Source: Methylocystaceae bacterium (lineage in GTDB: Bacteria > Pseudomonadota > Alphaproteobacteria > Rhizobiales > Beijerinckiaceae). From it: 57,844 nt of DNA. Position numbers and translations under genes: made by a program. Where the stretch lies: assembly GCA_900299115.1 (NCBI GenBank), contig OMIO01000160.1, positions 1 to 57,844 on the forward strand. Direction: 5' to 3'. Below are positions 52,101 through 57,844 of this stretch, one piece after another (position 1 is the first letter of the stretch; every line of letters starts with the position of its first letter). Under the pieces are notes generated by a model. It searched no databases, was not told the origin of the DNA, and saw only the letters and a list, made by a program, of their open reading frames with translations.

Positions 52101-52116
52101 TTAAGGGACCGTTTAC
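52101..52116. promoter_or_regulatory. CtrA-like box at the head of the dcw cluster
   Basis: TTAA-N7(GGGACCG)-TTTAC. Confidence 0.45.
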
Positions 52117-52175
52117 GGGCCGACAGGTTGATGGAGACGCGAGCGATTCTGGAAATTATTTTCCTAATATGAGCG

Positions 52176-52553
<378 letters not shown>

Positions 52554-52638
52554 CTCGAGTAACGTTAGGCAGCTCAATAGACACGGTCAAGTAATCCTTG
52601 CTTTCGACCTTTAAAAAGATCGGCTAAATCCTTTTAGG

Positions 52639-54882
52639 ATGGCGCGGGACCGAGAACATTTATCAATGGCGCAAATCGTTGACGTATTGCCGCCCGTCGC
52701 TGTCGATGCGCCTTATACTTATTACGCGCCACCCGGCTTAAAACTGGAGCCCGGCGACAGCGTCATTATCTCTCTCGGCAAGCGTGAAGCCTATGGCGTT
52801 GTTTGGCGCGTGAATACCGACTTAAACGACTCTCGCGAACTCAAAACAATTCAGAAGCGATTAGACAGGCCGCCCCTGCCTCAAAAGTTGCGCGATTTTA
52901 TTGATTGGCTCGCGCGCTATACATTGACGCCTGTTGGCATGGCTTTACGACTCGCTACGCGAGCGGTTGAAGAAACCGCTCCCGAAAAGCCGCGCCTCCT
53001 CTATCGCGCGACAGGTCTTTCGCCCAAGCGCTTGACGCCAACGCGACGTCGCATTCTCACCTGCACAGAAGGCGGCCTGGTATTTTCTAAAAAGGCGCTC
53101 GCAGAGGACGCTGCATGTTCATCAGGCGTAATCGATGCACTCGTAGATGAAGGGGCTCTTGAGGTAATTAGCGCTGCGCCCGAGTCGCCATTTCGAGCTC
53201 TCGACCCCTCTTATGCACCTCCCACATTTGAGCAGGCGCAAAAACAAGCGACGGAAACTCTCAACCAAGCGCTAGAAACAAAAAAATACGCCCCTTTCCT
53301 TCTTGAAGGCGTAACCGGTTCAGGTAAAACTGAAGTTTACTTTGAGGCGATAGCTTCAGTTTTACGCGAGGGCGCTCAGGCATTAGTGATGATGCCGGAA
53401 ATTGCGCTAACAGCGCAGTTCCTGCAACGATTTACAAAGCGTTTTGGCGCGCCGCCAGCTGAATGGCACTCCGGGGTAAGTAAGCGCAAACGTGCGCATA
53501 TTTGGCGCGCGGCCGCCTCAGGCGAGGCGAGCGTCGTGGTTGGCGCGCGATCTGCGCTCTTTCTGCCATTTAGAAATCTTCGTCTCATTGTTGTCGATGA
53601 AGAGCATGAAGCCGCCTATAAGCAGGACGATGGGGTAACTTATCATGCGCGCGATATGGCGGTCGTACGCGCGAGCATGGAAGATGCGCTTATTATATTG
53701 GCGTCAGCCACTCCTTCTATTGAGACGCGCGTTAATGCGCAAAGCGGTCGCTACGGATATCTTCGTCTGGATAGACGCGCAGGCGCTCGAGAGATGCCAA
53801 ATCTTGACTCAATTGATCTACGCACAAATGGCCCAAAACGCGGGCAATGGATCGCACCGCGCCTCATAGAAGAAATCGAAGAAAATCTAAGCCGCAAAGA
53901 GCAAACTTTATTATTTCTCAATCGTCGCGGCTACGCACCCCTGACGCTTTGTCGAACATGCGGCCATCGTTTTCGCTGTGAAAATTGTGATGCCTGGCTT
54001 GTCGAACACCGATTTCGACGGGCTCTGATCTGTCACCATTGCGGTCATACTGAAAAACGCTCAGAAAATTGCCCCGAATGCGGCAGCCTAGACTCTCTTA
54101 CAGCCTGCGGCCCAGGCGTCGAACGTCTCGCCGAAGAGGCGGCGACGCTTTTTCCTCAAGCTCGTTTATTAGTTTTATCTTCTGACTTTCCCGGCGGCGC
54201 TGGACGAATCCGTCGCGAATTGGATGAAATCGCTCAAGGGAATTTTGATCTTGTTATCGGCACACAGCTTGTCGCAAAGGGGCATAATTTTCCCTACCTG
54301 ACTCTCGTTGGGGTCATCGACGCCGATGTCGGACTAGATAATGGCGACCCTCGCGCTAGCGAACGAACGTTTCAATTACTCAGTCAGGTTACTGGCCGCG
54401 CTGGTCGAGGCGACAAACCAGGTCGGGCGCTCTTGCAAAGCTACCAACCCAATCACCCTGTTATGCAAGCGCTCCTGTCGGGTGATGCGGAAAAATTTTA
54501 TGCGCAAGAAATCGCCCTAAGGCGTCGCGCGGATTTACCGCCCTTCGGACGATTAGCGGCGATAATTGTCTCTGCGCCAGATGCTAAAATAGCGCAAAAT
54601 TATGCGCGCGCCTTAGCCCGCCTCGTGAGTGAATTGCCTAAAAGCGCGCGATATCGTGTTGCGCCCTTCGATCGTATGGCGGCAAAAGATGAGATAACGC
54701 TTCTTGGTCCAGCTGAAGCGCCGATCGCCTTGATACGTGGACGCTATCGTTATCGCTTATTAGCCAAGGGACCTAAAAGCGCCGATATGCAGAGCTTCTT
54801 GCGAGATCTACTCTCTTTAGCGCCCAAGTTGCGTAACAGCGTCCGCGTACAAATTGACGTAGATCCACAGAATTTCATGTGA
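52639..54882 (+). CDS. priA: primosomal protein N' (replication restart helicase)
   Basis: GVTGSGKTEVY, DEEH, SATPS, LNRRGY, 8-Cys zinc domain, Q..GRAGR, IDVDP. Confidence 0.97.
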   Translation: MARDREHLSMAQIVDVLPPVAVDAPYTYYAPPGLKLEPGDSVIISLGKREAYGVVWRVNTDLNDSRELKTIQKRLDRPPLPQKLRDFIDWLARYTLTPVGMALRLATRAVEETAPEKPRLLYRATGLSPKRLTPTRRRILTCTEGGLVFSKKALAEDAACSSGVIDALVDEGALEVISAAPESPFRALDPSYAPPTFEQAQKQATETLNQALETKKYAPFLLEGVTGSGKTEVYFEAIASVLREGAQALVMMPEIALTAQFLQRFTKRFGAPPAEWHSGVSKRKRAHIWRAAASGEASVVVGARSALFLPFRNLRLIVVDEEHEAAYKQDDGVTYHARDMAVVRASMEDALIILASATPSIETRVNAQSGRYGYLRLDRRAGAREMPNLDSIDLRTNGPKRGQWIAPRLIEEIEENLSRKEQTLLFLNRRGYAPLTLCRTCGHRFRCENCDAWLVEHRFRRALICHHCGHTEKRSENCPECGSLDSLTACGPGVERLAEEAATLFPQARLLVLSSDFPGGAGRIRRELDEIAQGNFDLVIGTQLVAKGHNFPYLTLVGVIDADVGLDNGDPRASERTFQLLSQVTGRAGRGDKPGRALLQSYQPNHPVMQALLSGDAEKFYAQEIALRRRADLPPFGRLAAIIVSAPDAKIAQNYARALARLVSELPKSARYRVAPFDRMAAKDEITLLGPAEAPIALIRGRYRYRLLAKGPKSADMQSFLRDLLSLAPKLRNSVRVQIDVDPQNFM

Positions 54883-54888
54883 TGGTTC

Positions 54889-55974
54889 CTAAATGCCACT
54901 AATCACGCGCGCGACGACTTTCGCGGTATAATCAACCATTGGAACAATGCGCGCATAATTAATCCGGGTAGGACCAATAACTCCGAGCGCGCCGATAATT
55001 CTGCGATCGCCATCGCGTAAGGGCGCGGCGATCAAAGACGATCCAGAGAGTGAAAATAATTTATTTTCCGATCCAATAAAAATTCGAACGCCTTCTCCCT
55101 GTTCAGCCCGCTCTAATAGGTCAATCACCCCTGTTTTGGTCTCAAGATCTGCAAAAAGTAACCGCACGCGCTCAAGATCTGTCACTGCGGTAAGATCTTC
55201 CAACAAATGCGCCTGACCACGCACGATCAACTGACGATGATCCCCAGGAGCGCCGGTCCAAATCGCTAATCCTGCTTCAACAAGTCGCGCAGTTAATTCA
55301 TTAAGCTCCATTTGAGCTGCGCGACGCGAATCTTCCACGCCCTCGCGCGCCTCTGTCAATGTTCTGCCAGAAACACGCGCATTCAGGTAATTAGCCGCCT
55401 CAACCAGCGCAGAAGCGGGCAAATCTCGCGGAACTGGAATTACCCGATTTTCCACCGTGCCATCATCCGCTACTAGAATCGCCAGCGCACGCTCGGCCTC
55501 GAGGCGCACAAAATCGATTTGTCTCAAACGTACATTCGCTTTTGTCGCGACGACAACACCCGCAACGCGAGCTAATCCTGAAATTAAACTCGTCGCCTCT
55601 GACAATACCCCGCCGATATCATGATCGCGCGACGCCGCTTCAACTTCAGTAGCAATACGTACGCGCTCCACATCGGCCAAATCGCCAATCTGCAACATGG
55701 AATCAACGTAAAACCGCAATCCTAATTCTGTCGGCAGACGTCCTGCGCTGGTATGGGGCGCAAAAACGAGCCCTAATTCCTCAAGATCCTGCATCACATT
55801 ACGGATTGAGGCGGGCGAGAGCGTCATGGGCAACAAACGGGACAATTGTCGTGAGCCAACCGGCTCGCCAGAGGCAAGATAACTATCGACAATTTGTCGA
55901 AAAATTTCGCGCGCGCGATCTGTGAGCTGAGAAACAACTGCTGCGTTCGACAGAATTGGGTATTTCTGGATCAT
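54889..55974 (-). CDS. hrcA: heat-inducible transcription repressor
   Basis: [40 protein letters not shown]. Confidence 0.96.
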   Translation of the reverse strand: MIQKYPILSNAAVVSQLTDRAREIFRQIVDSYLASGEPVGSRQLSRLLPMTLSPASIRNVMQDLEELGLVFAPHTSAGRLPTELGLRFYVDSMLQIGDLADVERVRIATEVEAASRDHDIGGVLSEATSLISGLARVAGVVVATKANVRLRQIDFVRLEAERALAILVADDGTVENRVIPVPRDLPASALVEAANYLNARVSGRTLTEAREGVEDSRRAAQMELNELTARLVEAGLAIWTGAPGDHRQLIVRGQAHLLEDLTAVTDLERVRLLFADLETKTGVIDLLERAEQGEGVRIFIGSENKLFSLSGSSLIAAPLRDGDRRIIGALGVIGPTRINYARIVPMVDYTAKVVARVISGI

Positions 55975-56020
55975 AGTTGAATAGCATAACCCATCGCTCA
56001 AGAAGGTCGAGCTTATTTAT

Positions 56021-56052
56021 AAAAGAAGAAAGCCCGGCCATTTGGCCGGGCT
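56021..56052 (-). terminator. terminator of the porin gene
   Basis: AGCCCGGCCA/TGGCCGGGCT stem followed by TTCTTCTTTT on the minus strand. Confidence 0.8.
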
Positions 56053-56082
56053 ATCATAGGATTTCAGATCTTTAAAACGTGA

Positions 56083-56865
56083 TCAGAGGTCGCCGAGACC
56101 ATCAACGCCCAACAACGCACCGATACTTTTGATACGATAGTTCACGCCAACGCGCGCAAGATTTAGATTGTAATTGCCGCCGTTGACAACAGCGACGCCG
56201 TTTCCTGCTAAGCTAATCGCCGAGCCGCCCGAAGGAGCTGTGATGCTTGAGTAAAGATACTCAGCCTTTACAGAAACATGATCCATGAGCGCATATTCAA
56301 GACCTGCGCCAACGGTCCAGCCGCCGCTCCACCGATTCGCGCTTGAACCGCTTGCTACCCATAGGCCACTCGTAGATCCATAAGACACGCCATTGAAGTA
56401 ACCATAAGCAAGACCGCCTGTAACATAAGGCATGAAGCGACCCATTGCATAACCAAAACGCAACCGCTCAGTGCCAAAATAAGTCAAATTGCTGCTTACG
56501 CCACCATTATAAGTCCTGGATCCGTCGAGTGAAATATTCGTGTAGCTATAGTCACCCTCGTAACCAACAGCAAAATTATTAGCCAGTTGCCAAGTATAGC
56601 CCGACTCATACCCTACGATATATCCGCTGGTTCCAGAGGATGGCCCTACCTTCCAAGCAGCGCCATTCACAGCATATAAATTCACATTATAATTCGCATC
56701 TCCGCCAGCATAGCAGCCGACAACGCCGCCATGCCATCCCGTCCAGGAAAATATCGGCGGCGGCGGCGCAACGGGCGCCTTACGGGAAGGGAGATCAGCT
56801 GCAGATGCTGCGCTCAGAGCGATAACTGAGGCGCATGCGCCGAGGATCGAAGCCTTGAAATTCAT
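56083..56865 (-). CDS. Omp25/RopB-family outer membrane beta-barrel protein
   Basis: Signal peptide + ADLPSRKAP..PPP.FSWTG, PYVTGGLAYG, GWTVGAGLEYA, KAEYLY, R.GVNY. Confidence 0.9.
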   Translation of the reverse strand: MNFKASILGACASVIALSAASAADLPSRKAPVAPPPPIFSWTGWHGGVVGCYAGGDANYNVNLYAVNGAAWKVGPSSGTSGYIVGYESGYTWQLANNFAVGYEGDYSYTNISLDGSRTYNGGVSSNLTYFGTERLRFGYAMGRFMPYVTGGLAYGYFNGVSYGSTSGLWVASGSSANRWSGGWTVGAGLEYALMDHVSVKAEYLYSSITAPSGGSAISLAGNGVAVVNGGNYNLNLARVGVNYRIKSIGALLGVDGLGDL

Positions 56866-56989
56866 AATTATTTCTCCACCAAGCAAGGCCGCCCGATTCT
56901 CGGTGCAGCGGTTAGGTGAGAAATAACTAACACCACCCTGAAGCGGATGAAATTCGAATATTGATCCAAAATGACGTTTTTGAGAAAGC

Positions 56990-57005
56990 GTTGCTCTTTC
57001 GCAAC
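56990..57005. promoter_or_regulatory. palindromic operator-like site upstream of the porin gene
   Basis: GTTGC-N6-GCAAC. Confidence 0.35.
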
Positions 57006-57044
57006 ACTTTTGACAAACGGGTGATCAACATGGGTTAAAATGGA

Positions 57045-57842
57045 TTAATCGTTTTTAATGAGCGAGAAAATTAATTCAGCCAAATGGGTTTCATAAGCTT
57101 TTTGAGAAAAGTGGCGATTGTAATAGTCGCGCGCGGCGCTGTTTTCGCGCGCTTCAGGGGCTCTTGGTTTATCTTGCAAAACGCCGCAGATGGCCCTGGC
57201 GAAATCGTCGGCTGTATCTGCAACCCGCACCCCATCCAGCATATGAGCTTCAGCGCCGAGGCCGCGGAGCGCAAGAGATGTTGCTACAATTGGCAAGCCG
57301 CTTGAGAATGCTTCAATGGTTTTGATGGAAAGGCCATGCCCGCTAATAGTGGGCAATAAGACAAGTCGCGCACATGCATAAATACGCCCAGGATCGTCTA
57401 CGCGTCCCGTAAACCACTGTCGATAGCGAGAGAATTCTTCAGGTGCCTGCCCGCGAAGCCCAGCGTCAACATTGCCCGCAATTGTAACTCTGACGTCAGG
57501 GATTTTCGGAGCGACTTCCCGCAAAAACCAAATCAGACTTTCGACATTAGCCGTATTATTGCTTGCCACAATTACAATGTCTTCTCCGCCAGGACCCATC
57601 GGCGCTGGGGGCGTTGCGGGGTATAATAATGCATGCCGTTTGTGAGGTAAAAGTGCGCTAAACTCGCCTGCTTCTTGTGCATTAAGATGCAACAAAAGGT
57701 CCGCTGAGCCCATCGCCTCGAGCTCCCGCGCTAACATCGCTTCATAGCTGACCGCGGGTTTAAGCCAGGGCATTCGTTTGTTAATCAAAGCGAATTGACG
57801 CGCTTGAAGGTCATGCGAATCTAATAAAATCGGCGCTTTTGC
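57045..57842 (-). CDS. GT-B (GT4-like) glycosyltransferase, 5' end outside window
   Basis: Frame open to the window edge (AKAPILLDSHDLQARQF...); N...L.WF, G.G.SIKTIEA...G.P.V.T motif. Confidence 0.8.
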   Translation of the reverse strand, partial: AKAPILLDSHDLQARQFALINKRMPWLKPAVSYEAMLARELEAMGSADLLLHLNAQEAGEFSALLPHKRHALLYPATPPAPMGPGGEDIVIVASNNTANVESLIWFLREVAPKIPDVRVTIAGNVDAGLRGQAPEEFSRYRQWFTGRVDDPGRIYACARLVLLPTISGHGLSIKTIEAFSSGLPIVATSLALRGLGAEAHMLDGVRVADTADDFARAICGVLQDKPRAPEARENSAARDYYNRHFSQKAYETHLAELIFSLIKND

Positions 57843-57844
57843 GC

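Overview
A 57.8-kb core-chromosome segment of an alphaproteobacterium. Gene content and order point to Hyphomicrobiales; it resembles Methylocystaceae (inferred from protein features, not a search), with GC roughly 45-50% by eye. In order it holds: a truncated DGQHR-domain gene missed by the ORF track; lpxK-waaA-DUF4170-cysQ; a probably Zur-regulated zinc ABC transporter plus COG0523 GTPase; rpsU, gshA, rsmE, ubiA, ETF-QO; an atypical LuxR regulator; sseA, glnB-glnA; a non-canonical SHMT paralog; chorismate mutase-hisC-tyrC; recN-bamD-lpxC; the dcw cluster (rsmH to ftsZ, no intact mraZ); RNase P RNA, priA, hrcA, an Omp25/RopB-like porin and a partial glycosyltransferase. No CRISPR, IS, rRNA or tRNA was seen. 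The best leads are: (1) an unannotated 37-aa single-TM protein with a strong RBS, a long structured leader and its own terminator; (2) murE reading in frame into the MurF N-terminus, with a -1 shift needed to reach the MurF body; (3) a GlyA paralog with alpha-methylserine-hydroxymethyltransferase-like motifs; (4) the DGQHR gene at the edge; and (5) several point lesions in conserved genes, which may be assembly errors or genome decay. No complete novel multi-gene system is demonstrable from the sequence alone.
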